Part shown: in pieces, positions 30,953-43,698 of the stretch
Numbering within the stretch: position 1 is the first letter of the stretch
How the letters are laid out: every line of letters begins with the position of its first letter
Assembly: GCA_964016885.1 (NCBI GenBank)
Contig: OZ024740.1
Coordinates: 355,570,001-355,634,000, forward strand
DNA from: Eledone cirrhosa
Taxonomy: Eukaryota
Direction of reading: 5' to 3'
DNA: 64,000 bases
Notes under the pieces: generated by a model
What the model was told of the DNA's origin: nothing
The model's input: the letters and a program-made list of their open reading frames with translations, nothing else
The model's database searches: none
Made by a program: the position numbers and the translations under genes

Positions 30953-32494
30953 ACAATAATAATAATCTTAAAGTGGCAAAGGGCTATAAATTTGTAGGCA
31001 AAATGCGTGGATGGTCATGCTTGGTATTTATTTGAGAAGTGTAAAAGGAAAAGATGAGCTAGAAGCTCGTGTGAGCAAAGTAAAAGGTTTAAGGTTTTTT
31101 CTATCTGGTGTAGGTAAGGGGCATATGAATCTGCATATTTAAATATTTTCTTGAATTATTTAGACATGGATCCTTTGTAATTTAAAAAAGAATACAAAAT
31201 GGTGTATTTTTTTGCAGTTATGTTCTACCAAACAGCTAATTAGTAATGTCTTGACAATGGTCATAATTAGATGTGAAAAAATTAGTTTCATTTAAAATGT
31301 CAAGACACGATTACTGATTTAGCTAATATAAAATTTACTCATTCAATTCTACTACTTAATTTAAGTAGGAAATTATGAAGATATAAGTTCCAGTTTGAGA
31401 AGACATTTTGCTTCAATAATTAACTTCATAAAACTCATTAATGCATGTATTTTAATTGGCTTAGTCTTTCATTGAAATCAGGCTTTGGTCTTTAATCTAT
31501 TATCAACAAATTTAAAATAACTGTGTTAGCAATATTAACATTTATAATTAAGTTAATTCGCTAAATGAAGCAAGATTAATCAGTAAATGGCATCTGGATT
31601 ATGGAAATAAGGAAAGGGAGTAAATAGACACTCAGTGATGAATCTGAGAGCAAAGCACTCCTGGCATGTCAAGATTAACTGAATCATACTATTTAGTAAA
31701 CTTTATAACGGTTACAATCTCATTACTACTGAGAGAGCCATCCTAAAAAACAAGGACTTTATTGACTACAAAGAATAGTAAGATGTATCAGAAAAGAATT
31801 ATAAAAACCTTTGACATTTTTTCTGTCTATAAATAATTATATGTGAAATTTACTTAATGCAATAATACTGGGTTGAGTTCAAAGTAAAATAGTTAATATA
31901 GAAAGAAGCATCTTAATATACCTTCAGTCATTAAAAACACTGTATAAAAGATAAAATATTTTTTCTAAACACCTGTTTTGCCAAATAAGGCTTAGATTGA
32001 ATTATAACTGTAAATTCTGGAATCTGAGCATCTAAACTGATTGATTAAGGTAGACGGAACTTTTCATTCAGTATATCTTGTGCTTTTATTCTACATAGTT
32101 TAGTAGTAATTATACAAATGACCTAAATGAAATAATATTATAACTAGGGATATCCTTTAAGGGAATCAACAATGTTAGTCTGACAAAACTAATAATAAAG
32201 TGGTTGATGTTAAGGTTATCAAGTCATAGAAACCAAGCCCAAAACTGAGTATATAAGCAAGACAGTCCCCTGACCAGTCTGACCTCAGTGTGTCTAACCC
32301 ATGTAAGCATGGAAAATAGACGTTAAATAATGTTGATGATAATTCTTTTTTGATAAAGAGTAAATTTTTACATGATTGTGATAATAAAGACCTGGAGACT
32401 TTCATTTACTATAAACACCTTTATTAGCCTTTAACAAGAAACTCTTGATGCATTTCTTAAACAATCATTAATAATAATAATGATTTCTAGTATT

Positions 32495-33195
32495 TGATTT
32501 CTGATTTAGGCACAAGGCCAACAATTTTTGGAGTGAGGGGTAAGTTGATTAAATCGACCTCAGTAAATTACATTACTGGTGCTTTATTTTATTGACCCCA
32601 TGAAGATGAAAGGCAAAGCTAACTGTGGCAGGATTTGAACTCAGAATGTAACAAGCCCTAACTCTATGCCACAAAGCATGTGTCCGATGCTTTATTGATA
32701 CTACCAACCCGCCACCCTAATAACAATTGTTTCTGATTTAGGCACAAGGCCAACAATATTGGGAGAGGAGAAAGTCGATTAAATTGACCCCAGTGCATTA
32801 CTGGTGCTTTATTTTATCGACCCTCTAAGGATGAAAAGCAAACCCTACCTCAGTAGGATTTAATAATAATAATTGTTTCTACTATTGGCACAAGGCCAGC
32901 AATTATCCCAGTGTATTACTGGTATTTTATCGACCTCATAAGGATGAAAGGCAAAGTTAACCTTGGCGGAATTTGAACTCAGACCATAAAGGGGCGTAAC
33001 TCTATGCTGGAATGCATGGCGTCCGACCCTCTACCGTTATTGCCAATTCACCGCCCTCATAATAATAATAATTTCTAATCTAGGCACAAGACCTGTAGTT
33101 TGAGGGGGTGAGAATGTCGATTATATCAACCTCAGTAGTTGACTGGTACATTATTTTATCAATTCTGGAATGATGAAAACTGAAAGCAACTCAGA
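32495..33195 (-). mobile_element. Four head-to-tail SINE S2 copies
   Basis: TTTCT..TT(A/T)GGCACAAG tails at about 32497, 32729, 32876 and 33072, separated by (AAT)n. Confidence 0.9.
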
Positions 33196-33837
33196 CATAA
33201 TAACAAGAGATAAAATACCCTTCTTAACAATATAGAAAATGTTTCATGAAATAGAAAATATTGCTTAACTGTTCCCTTTGTTAGCTGAAGCAAACAAAGA
33301 TAGCTTCATTGTCTAAAGATATGAAGAAAATAGAGATGAACTGAGATGACATTGAGAAGTTGGGATATTCATAGCTTTTTGATAGTCAGTAGCAATGTAG
33401 GTAATGTAATTACACCTGAAAATTGATGTCAAAACATATCTTGAACTTCTCAATAAATAACCATTATATCAAACTGGGTGTTCAGTAAATTAATTTATTG
33501 GGAAACCAACGAAGCTGATCTTTATAAAAAGAGTGGAAATAAGGTTGAATTGAGCTCCATTATATTCCTATTATTACTAATATTTTTCATCCCAGAAGGA
33601 TGGATATTAAATCAGTAATCATCAGACAAAAATATTAAGCTCACTACAACTGTACCTATGATAGAAATTTCCATAAGATTTTTTAGAACCTAGCTTTCAA
33701 ATAATAGCTGTTATCTAGTTCTCATAGAACACTGATAAATTAAGATGAAGGGATTATCATAATTTCATGAGGACATTGCTAAAGTTTATTAGGGAAAACA
33801 TTCCTTCTTCAATGCAGAAGGATATATATATATATAT

Positions 33838-34187
33838 AATGTGAAATAAAGTGTCTTGCTCAAGGTGATGTGTTGTTTCCTTGAGCAAGACACTTTATTT
33901 CACATTGCTCCAGTTTACTCAGGTGTAGAAATGAGATGATAGGGATTGGGGTCCTTATCATTCCACTGCAAAGTGGTCGTGGAGGTGCCATGGCAAAAAA
34001 GTACCCAGCACTCACTGTAAAGTGGACATGTAGGCGCCATGGAAAAAAAAGCACCCAGCACTCACTGTAAATGAGGTTGGTGTTAGGAAGGGCATCCAGC
34101 TGTAGAAATCAAGCCAGAATCAGTTCTTGTCCCACCCTTGCAAGCAGGGAAAAGTGGATGTAAAATGAAATGATGAAATGAAATGAT
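33838..34187 (+). mobile_element. SINE S1, 5'-truncated with fold-back inversion
   Basis: Body matches S1; 33838-33865 is the perfect reverse complement of 33879-33906; TA runs on both sides. Confidence 0.9.
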
Positions 34188-34986
34188 ATATATATATAGA
34201 GGAGCTGTTAAAAGAAGATGCTGATATTACACACACACACATTATATATATAAATCAGGATAGAGCCAGTTTAAAACTAGTTAGACCATTACTCAAGAGA
34301 ATACTTGATACTTGGGGTAATAGAGTATGGCTATATTATAAAGAGATGGGACCTGACGGCTGGGCTCCTGCTGATTCAACAGCTAGTTCCAGATTTCTAG
34401 TTGTTGAAATGGCAAGAGCTCAGCCGTAAAAATAAATATTGTAATAATGGTTATAAGAAAAAGTTGTGGTGGCAAAAGGAATTTGTAGGGTGATAAGATA
34501 GCAGATGAAATTAGTGGTAGGAAATATCTATCGATCACAGAATACATATATGTAACTGATTTCATACAAATGAAACAGTTATAGAAATGTACTGGTTACA
34601 ACAAAGGTCCTAGGCTGGGCAATTATAAATATAATTGTTAGACTTTCCTCTGAGATCCTGGCATAGCATATTTGGAATTAGTTTGATGTGAAGGAGAGGA
34701 GAGTTAAATTTCTTATTTAGGGACACAATTCAATGCCATCAGCAGGATACAATTCTTTAATCCTTGACCCAAAAATTGATATCTTATAACCTTAAGATTG
34801 ATTTATTTTTGTTGTTGATACACTTTTTTTACTCTTAACATCCCATAATGATTTAGCAGAACATATCTTTAGAAATAGGTTCATATCTTTAAAAATAGGT
34901 TTGCTAATTCAAATGTTTATTGTATCTTTACTGGACAAGTTTTCATGAAAAGTTTCAGTAAACTAAATATAGACTTCAACTTTTAA

Positions 34987-35214
34987 CCCTTTTGATGCCA
35001 ATGTGCCACAAAGCACCTCTGGTTCTATAAAATAAAAACACCAATTTTAAAAGGTTTCTATATGAATTAAAACCTTCCCAAATAATTTACTTTTGTTATG
35101 TTACAAATACCACTGTAATAATCAAATAATTAATAATTCTAGCAAATCCCACAAAATTCTTCAATAACTAATTCATACACAATACATTACATTAGAAATA
35201 TGGTAACAAAGGAG
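34987..35214. mobile_element. piggyBac-type MITE, family B
   Basis: TTAA|CCCTTTTGAT...AACAAAGGAG|TTAA. Confidence 0.7.
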
Positions 35215-35493
35215 TTAATGTAATGCAGTCGGTGCCATTTTATACTTTATAAAAGAATGTCTGCTGTTGTGGTTTCATGTGGTTCAGGGCATCAAGAGAT
35301 AACCAATATTTACAAAGAATTTGAGGATTACACACTAAGTAAGTAAGTAGACAGTCAGTAAATGCTATAAACCTTCCTAAATAAGTATAGTGAGAAAGTT
35401 CAAAGGATGCAGATACAGCATGCTGGATAAAGCAAACTGAAGGAGCTATTGTGCAGAAGATGGTGGCTTAATGTAGGGGTTGTTATACTGTAC

Positions 35494-35654
35494 CTGGAAT
35501 CGGTGATAGCCCTGTCCTTCCTTGGTGCGGCCTTCTTTGCTGACCGCCCAGTAAAAGTAACAGCTAGGGGAGATGATGGTAATAGCACTCAACAGCAACA
35601 GTATCGGGCTAGTTGTGTTTGCGAGCGTCGATAGCATCATGAAGACAGTTGTCA
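35494..35654 (-). CDS. Putative coding exon of an unidentified small membrane or secreted protein
   Basis: T-rich tract with TTGCAG acceptor (AG at 35656-35655); 161-nt GC-richer unique exon open in one frame (TTVFMMLSTLANTTSPILLLLSAITIISPSCYFYWAVSKEGRTKEGQGYHRFQ); CAG|GTACAG donor; ATG at 35640. Confidence 0.55.
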
Positions 35655-36630
35655 CTGCAACAACAACAAACAAGCAACATCACATGACAAAACAATACCA
35701 TACGGAGACTCAAAAGGCTGACACCAACAAAGACAGAGATGAGAGATTTTGGTTAAATGTGGTAGATAGGTCACAGAAATACAATACTAGTCTTAAAACT
35801 CACTAGATCACAGATAAACACCAGAATTTGAGGAAGCTAGTGGTAGTCTGTACTGGCAAGAGTAAATATCATAAAATTAAAAACAAAGTAAAAAAATTGT
35901 GACATTTGTAATATAACATGCTAATTTGGAAAGAAGCAACTGAGTTACAGGAAGAAGGTGGGTAAGTACAAAAATTGGTTGAGGATAATTTGATCTTATT
36001 TCTGATGAAAATTATTTGTATTTTTTACATTGCCCAAAACCATTTTCATTTTCTTTTTAAATAAAATTAAATCATATGGAGATTCTATTTACTTATAAAC
36101 AATTTTTTGAAAGAAGATTTAATGCATACTTAATTTTGAATGCAATATAAACAAATATGAGTCATTGTACTTTTTACAATACAAAGTATTGTAAAAACAA
36201 GAAATTTTGAATATCTGAAAGGATTATATTTCTAAGGATTTTTTATAACATTATATAGTATTAACAATTTTGAAGCTGTATATTTTTGCTGCTGTCTTCA
36301 GGTGAACATGGTATTTTTTATAAAATATTACAACAATATAAAAACTGTATAGATAAATATTAACAAAAAATATGTGTTTGAGGTAATGCTTTTTGTGCCA
36401 GTGCGCATAGAGGAAAAAAATAAGACGGATGAAACTAAAAAAATATATATAAGAACCCTAAAGAAAAATTATAATATATATATACATATACATATATATA
36501 TATATTTATATATATGAAACATAGATAATAACAACAACAATAATAATGATTTGCATATGGTTACATATTTATAGGTGAATAATGTACCTTGCGGAATTTA
36601 AAATATAATACAATGTATTGATACTAATAC

Positions 36631-36640
36631 ACTTACCTTT
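36631..36640 (-). other. Consensus splice donor AAG|GTAAGT, possible end of an upstream exon
   Basis: + strand ACTTACCTTT; the upstream frame MCKFLLMCIYINHNQKAGFK would be in phase with exon 35654. Confidence 0.35.
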
Positions 36641-37615
36641 GAATCCTGCTTTCTGATTGTGATTTATATATATACACATCAAAAGAAATTTACACATACA
36701 ACACTAGATGTATGCATGTATTGCTACAGGGAGCTTTGATATAAAACAGATGCAAACTTCTTAGAAATATTTTGCATAATGATGTTACAAGTTAAACCAT
36801 AGTTATTAGGTTTAATTATCTATTTATCTTATAGTATATTTGGTGCAAAAATATTGATGTTGTGAAGTATATTAGTTAGATATACCAGTTTGTTGGTTTT
36901 CTCACTGACAGGCTTTCACACATGACAGGCTTTCAAATAATTTCCATCCACGAAATTCCAATGACAAGACATTATTCAATCAAAGATTTCCAATGGGTTG
37001 AGCAATAAATATTATTCAACTAAGAACTCAATGGTTATATAGTAAACTTCTTAATCACATCTATACAAGTTAAGGTAACATATATATAAAAAGAATTACA
37101 TAAAAATCATTTAAGATCATCACTAGTTCCCTCATATATAACATTGTTAAAACTGCATCTTTACGGGAAAGACATTCTACATTTCTATTACTGGAGGTTT
37201 GAGAAGGCCCAAATCAGTAATTATTTTAACATGTAGTTGACCCCTGCATGTCTAGTACTGAATCTAATTCTGCACAGCAAATTTATATTTACATGGTAAA
37301 TCAGTTAAAAGACTTAAAACACCCATAAAATGTTTAAAATAGTCATTATAAATGCTTCTCAGACTCACAAGTATATCAAACACTGAGTCATAGCACCTGC
37401 CTCAAAGATTTGTGTAGTTCTAAAATTTCACTGCAAGTAACACCTAGACCGGATTACTGCTTATATCTATGGAAGAGTATTCCCACTCCCAACAGATATC
37501 TAAGAGTACATCTATGTGATGGAATGACTTATTCACTAACAAACTGCAATAGCTAGCTTACAGAGCAACTGTTTCTTCTTTCTGTCCCTTCTGATACAAC
37601 TGCAATAACCTTTAA

Positions 37616-37834
37616 TCCGTTAGCATTTACATTACTCTATATTTACTATTGTATTTTCACAGTAAAGGCTTTACCCCACAATTATTTCACATAATATTGA
37701 ATCTATGAGATTTTTATATTATTTATTTTGAGAACAATACTTTAACATTAGTATGAGTGGCTGGTTATGGCTGGTTTGAACAGAAAATAGTGAGAGAATT
37801 CTGGCCGGATACAGCCGGCTTAAATATTAAAGGG
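37616..37834 (-). mobile_element. piggyBac-type MITE, family A
   Basis: Reverse match to 1321-1539; TTAA on both sides. Confidence 0.85.
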
Positions 37835-38808
37835 TTAAACTAGTTAACTGCGTACTCCCTCAACTCACCTGACATACTCATTGCACTCACTTTGCCTGAC
37901 CCAGCATTTACACTTCATCCAGTCCAACCATCTATGCTTTTTCTTAATATATTCAAGCTAAGCTTTATCTGCATCAATTTCAACAATGGGAGAGTATGCA
38001 AAGGTCATGGGCACTGCCCCTCTTCCTATGACTAACTAAAATATAATAACAACCATAGTATCATCATTTATATAGCAATTCTCTTTAGGTTGGAGAGTTC
38101 AGCTAAATAATTTCCTTTTGTTTTTCTATGATAGAATATAACATATAAGAGGGCGAGATTTACTTAAATTCTATGAGATGATTTTATCAGTTTTACAATA
38201 AATTTATAAATATTCAATGAAAGAAAATAACTAATTATGTTTGAATTATATTCTCCTCGAAACTGTAAAATAATAATAAAAACAATATTGCTAGCAGAGA
38301 AAGCAAACAAATGTATTATACATATAGATACAATCATCATTTTTGATTCACCTGTTTGCTAAGAATAACAGAAATTATGTAATTAGGGAAAATAAAAAAA
38401 AAAATCCATTATCGCCTATAACAACATAAAAATTTCCAGGTATGTATTATTATTACCGAACAATTATATTGACATCAAATGATAATTACCAGCTAACAGA
38501 GAACACACACACACCTTCATTCATGCATGTAGCTTGTACAAATACAAACATATTAAATTAGCCATAGTTCATTTAAAATCACTGGATGAAAGGAAATATA
38601 CAAAAACAATTTGAAATGATTGAAGAAAAGACGCTTTAAATATTTAAAGATCAATGAAAATCAATTATGAAATGCATAAAAAAGAAAGATCTTTGTTAAA
38701 ATCAATGCCTCTTTTATCTAACCTCATTATATCAACAAATAAAGTTGTTTAGGTTAATGGAACACTGAATTTTAGAATAATGTTTGCTTTATAGATATTT
38801 CTGCTTAA

Positions 38809-39020
38809 CCCTTTTATTATCAACCTACTTAAAACTGCCTCTAGTTTCATAATGTGAAACCTCTAACTTTAAACTATGAACTTTTTATAAAATTATGTTC
38901 CAAAGAGCAGCTTAATAATGAAATTTTTTGTTATTTTACAAAATTTTCTAAACACTTCCTTATTTTCAAAATTAATTGTAACACATGGATGATAAAGTAT
39001 TTTATGAGAAATACAGTCAA
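38809..39020. mobile_element. piggyBac-type MITE, family B (right end decayed)
   Basis: TTAA|CCCTTTTATTATCAACC start and internal similarity. Confidence 0.55.
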
Positions 39021-39721
39021 GTATAATTTTGTACATGTGATGTTAAGAAGAAAAATAGAGTGTAGTTGTGAATAGAATATAGCAATAATATAATATATAT
39101 CCCACATTAGACCTACCCCTCCAATCACCTTCCTGCATATATGCATCCTGCGCCTTCCACATCTGGTATACCTTGCTTGTCCAACCTATGCATACAAGCT
39201 CGGAAAGCTGGACACACTCCTCCACAATGCTGCTGAAATGGCTAAAAGCTCCCAGCCTGACCTGCATGATGACACAACAAATGCCCCTAGTCCACCATAT
39301 AAAGTAAAGCGGTTGGGTTCATTCCATGTTAGCATGATAAAACTGAAGCAAATTTGATACAAGACTGTGTCCCTTGCATATGAGTGTTGCGTTGGTTGAG
39401 ACAGCTGACATCTTTCATTTGATATGTGTAGAGAATGAAGAAAACAACCGTGACGTTTACTTCTAGAAGCTGTTAACTTGCTGCTAATGGAGGAAAGCAT
39501 TACTGCTGACATGGTCGATCTTTAGTGACATGGCAGTGTTCATATTAAATAATTCATATAATTGTCAAGTCGAGGAAAATGTTCTTTTTGTCAATGGTTT
39601 ACATATATAAACAGTCCTTCCACTATCACCACGGCATACACTAATTGATAAGTGAGATATTAGAATACCCGTCTACTTTCTTCATTGAATCTAGTTTCAT
39701 GCCCAACTGTTCTATGTTTAA

Positions 39722-39922
39722 CCCTTTAGTATTTAAACTGGCTGTATCCGGCCAGAATTCTCTTTCTGTTCAAAATAGCCATCACTTACTATTCATTCTG
39801 ATGTTTATGTATTGTTCTCAAAATAAATAATATAAAAATTTCGTAGATTCGATATTATGTGAGGTAAAGCCTTTACCTCCAAAATACAATAGTATATATA
39901 GAGTACTGTAAATGCTAAAGGG
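39722..39922 (+). mobile_element. piggyBac-type MITE, family A
   Basis: TTAA|CCCTTTAGTATTTA...TAAATGCTAAAGGG|TTAG. Confidence 0.88.
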
Positions 39923-40075
39923 TTAGATATTTCCACATCTGTCTTTGGAGCTCAATATCAGCAATTCAGTTTACCATACTATATCCCTTGTGCCTCGTAT
40001 CTTCAGAAACGTTTCACATATATATATATGAGCCATTGAAGGTGCCTCAATATTTTCATTCAATCTACTAATAAT

Positions 40076-40258
40076 TGTTACTACTTTCGGCACAAGGCCA
40101 GCAATTATCCCAGTGTATTGGTACCTTATTTTATCGACCCCGTAAGGATGAAAGGCAAAGTTAACCTCAGCGGGATTTGAACTCAGAATGGCAAGGGCCG
40201 TAACTATGCTTCAAAGTATGGCGTCTGACCCTCTACCGGTACTGCCAATCCACCGCCC
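40076..40258 (-). mobile_element. Full-length SINE S2 with 12-bp TSD
   Basis: TSD TCTACTAATAAT at 40064-40075 and 40259-40270. Confidence 0.92.
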
Positions 40259-40714
40259 TCTACTAATAATGGGTGCCATATTGTCTCCAAATCTTACCCT
40301 ACTGTCATAAAACAAACCTAAGACATATTGGATAATGTAGACTTAGAAGCATTAGTTGAACAAAAAATAGGATGATCACAACACCTATTCCTATAGGTCT
40401 GCTTAATTATTGCTGAACTGGGGCTAAATACAATAACAATTTACATATAAACTATTATAGACACACATTAATATTATAACAGAAATCCCTGACAAAAAAA
40501 AAAAAAATAAATAAATAAATAAAACATACATAACTTCCCTAACAAACACATAATATTCGTCAAGCTATTTTCCTTTTATGCAGAAAAAAAAAAAGCAATC
40601 ACATGCTGATAAACAAAATATACACATACAAGAAATTAGATCCCTTCAAAAACCAGCTGGTAGTCCCCTTAAGGGATGCATAGTTGCATTGTGAATTAAA
40701 TAGTTAACACGTGT

Positions 40715-40730
40715 GCTATATATATATACA

Positions 40731-40774
<44 letters not shown>

Positions 40775-40945
40775 CATACATACACGTGTGTGTGTGAATA
40801 TATATATATATGTATGTATATGCATATATATATATAGACATACAGATATATATATACATGCACACACATATTTAGACATTCATATATCCATACATACATA
40901 CACATATATATATATTTATGTAATGGATAGATATAGATAGATACA
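40715..40945. repeat. TA/CA compound microsatellite
   Basis: Direct inspection. Confidence 0.9.
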
Positions 40946-41799
40946 TGTATTCACATCAACATGATTTTCTGCTCCATACTTCTACAATAATATGTTAGGT
41001 ATGAGAAACTAGTAAACAATGTTCCTTTTAGATTTTTACTGTTTTCTTGTGGGTAAAAAATGTTATGATGTGCAAATTATTCCCAGTGAAAACAACAAAA
41101 AACAAACCCCCCCAAAAAGAACCAACCAGAGAAAAGAAAAAGAAAATCCCCAAATATGCCTGTACTGAATTCTTGAGAAATGTAAACCTCAAATTACAAA
41201 GATAATTTTGGTGTGTGTCTGTTTCTAAACCTTGACTGAGTATCAAGAAAGATAGATAAGATTGCACTGCATGAAGAACCTTGTTGTTTTAAAGAGCCAG
41301 GGTGCTTACAAACCATGCATCTGTTTAAAACAGTTGTATTTAATTTAGCTTTCATGCAGTTTAATTCAGTTTTTTGTGTGTAGGTTGTATAACACCATAT
41401 GTATACATATATATGCAGAGTAAAGAATGGGAGGGGGGGGGGGGTAGTAGTGACTGTTCTGATATTCTTTTATTTGTTTCAGTTATGCTAGGGCACTATC
41501 TTGAATGCCATGCTAGGGTATAAACTTGAAGGGTTTAGTCAATAATATCAATCCCAGTAGTTATGGTATCTGGTATCTATTTTATCAAGCTCTATTTACA
41601 AATATGCTATGTTACAGGACATAAATAAAGAACACTTATTTAAACAGTAGAAACGACTGACATAGAAATGCTCACTCAGACAGATACGATGGGCTTTCAT
41701 ACAGTTTATATTTAATAAATTGCATTCTCAAGGCATTGGTTAACAAGGGGCTATAGTAAAAAGTATGTGGCACCATGCAACTAGCATAACTAGTATAAC

Positions 41800-42292
41800 A
41801 TCATCATATCACCATTTTTCAATGCTTACAAGGTTTAGATAAGTCCTTTCCAACGCAGCCTAACTCCAATCATAGCATTCCTTCGTCATCTCTTCTGTGA
41901 GGTTCAGAATTTTGAAATCAGCTTTAACCATCTCTGCCCAATCCTCGTTCGTATGCATCACATGTCCACACCAGTGCAGTCTTCTCTCTTGCACACTACA
42001 TATAATTCTGCTTATATCCAGTTCTCTCACTTCACCCACGCCCTGATATTAACATTATATATCCAACAAAGTATAGCCACTTCATTTCCTTACCAGCCTC
42101 CATATATTCTCTGCATTTACTGCCCATGTTTCAATGCCATGCAACATTATACTTCTCACACAGGTATCAGCTAAACTATCCTTTGCTCATTGAGGAAATC
42201 TTGTTGTCAACAGGTAATAGCTCCCTAAACTTCTTCCACCCTGTTCTTATTCTAGCAACTATGCTTTCAGAGCAACCTCCTCCACTTCTAAT
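41800..42292 (-). mobile_element. Decayed RTE LINE 3' fragment
   Basis: Minus strand GGGCSESIVARIRTGWKKFRELL and HWCGHVMH; stops and deletions. Confidence 0.8.
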
Positions 42293-42494
42293 ACAAAATA
42301 AATAAAAAAAAAAAACAAAAAAAAAAAAACGTTGCTATGCCTGACCCTTATTCTATATAAATATCAACATCTTAATTCAGTAAAAGAACACAAAAGTTAC
42401 AAGAAGAGAGAGAAATCATGTGACAACCTTACATCTCTTTCAACAGCTTTTACCAGCTTTAATTACAGAGATTTGGATTCAACCATCATAACCA

Positions 42495-42737
42495 GTGAAA
42501 GTATGTGGCCTAGTGGTTAGGATGTTGGACTTATGATCATATCATGGGTTTGATTCCTGGACTGGGTTGTGTGTTGTGTTCTTGAGCAAAACATTTCCTT
42601 TCCTGTTGCTCCAGTACACTCAGCTGAAAATGAATACCAGCAGTAGCTGGAGAAGTATTGTGCTCTCAGTTGCTTATGTCAAGGAAACCAGGATAAGCAC
42701 CAGCCTGATGAACCTCTGAGCTAGGGACAGACTTTAG
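42495..42737 (+). mobile_element. Older tRNA-derived CORE-type SINE with a different 3' part
   Basis: TGGCCTAGTGG A box, GGTTTGATTCC B box, GTTCTTGAGCAAAACATT..CTCAGCTGAAAATG core. Confidence 0.75.
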
Positions 42738-43124
42738 AATCATAACCTTTTCACGAAGTATATCACTATATTTTCATTCTTTTTTTTTTTTCTACTTATT
42801 TGTATCTTTTGTAAATGATAGACATAGGTTAATAGACCCCATTTGGTTGTCAAATACACAATTATGAATATATTTATTTGAAGAGTAATAAAGAAACCTA
42901 TTTCTTTTTGTTTATTCTATCCCTGAAACTGAATGAACATGGTTTAAGAATAGTATGCTTCTAGCAGTTTGAAGACCATCTTGAATCTAATGCCGAATGG
43001 TTTTAGATGGAGTTGAGGTTAAAGTTTATATCATAAACTCCTCCAATACTTTGTATGGCTCTATAATCTTTGGAACAGATATGTTATTGACCAGGCCTTA
43101 CCAAATTTCATAAATCCGACCCAA

Positions 43125-43698
43125 CTATTTAAAAAAAAAATATATTTCAAACTTTACATGTATATTACCTATGTTTCAGGGAGTGCTATGCACATAAAAA
43201 ATTCAACATTTTGATCCCCAAGGGCCCACATTAGGTGAAAAACTGCGTTTTTTCAGCTTTTTAGGTTTTTTTTGAGGCGTTACGTCAGACCGATTTCCTT
43301 GAAATTGTAACTATGTATTAGTCAGTCTCTTCTTCATACCGTCAGCAAAGAAAATCCAACTTTTTTATGGCCTAGAGCCTGCATTTGGTGAAAAGCTTCA
43401 TTTTTTCAGCTTTTTAGGGCTTTTTTGAAGCATTACATCTAGCCAATTTTCCCGAAATTTCAAGGCATATTATGCACATAAAAAAATTCCTTTTCTTGAT
43501 CCCCTAGGGCCCACATTAGGTGAAAACCTGCATTTTTCCTGCTTCATCGAGGAAAATCTTAAAGGTTATCCAGCCATCAGAGTATTCGATTTATTTTCTT
43601 TACATATTGTCGAGGCATGCAGTTTTTCCACGATTAGGTCTGTTGGCGGCCTGCATTCAAAATACCTTATCCCATGCAGCGCCAGGTACCACTGCTAG
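43125..43698 (+). mobile_element. Non-autonomous Helitron-like element with internal subrepeats
   Basis: 3' end CCCATGCAGCGCCAGG hairpin remnant, short spacer, CTAG|T at 43695-43699; repeated GGGCCCACATTAGGTGAAAA and TTTTTCAGCTTTTTAGG blocks; 5' boundary approximate. Confidence 0.62.

Noticed and set aside
35449-35634. Plus-strand hydrophobic ORF (RWWLNVGVVILYLES...)
   Set aside because: Non-ATG start and no matching splice partner; splice signals and phase agreement favour the minus strand
35935-36320. Plus-strand microexon-like motifs (TTACAG|GAAGAAGGTGG|GTAAGT and TTCAG|GTGAACATG|GTATTT)
   Set aside because: No supporting plus-strand coding exons found elsewhere in the window; compatible with chance
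40672-40695. miR-33-like string ATGCATAGTTGCATTG
   Set aside because: Seed region does not match GUGCAUUGUAG and no complementary arm is evident
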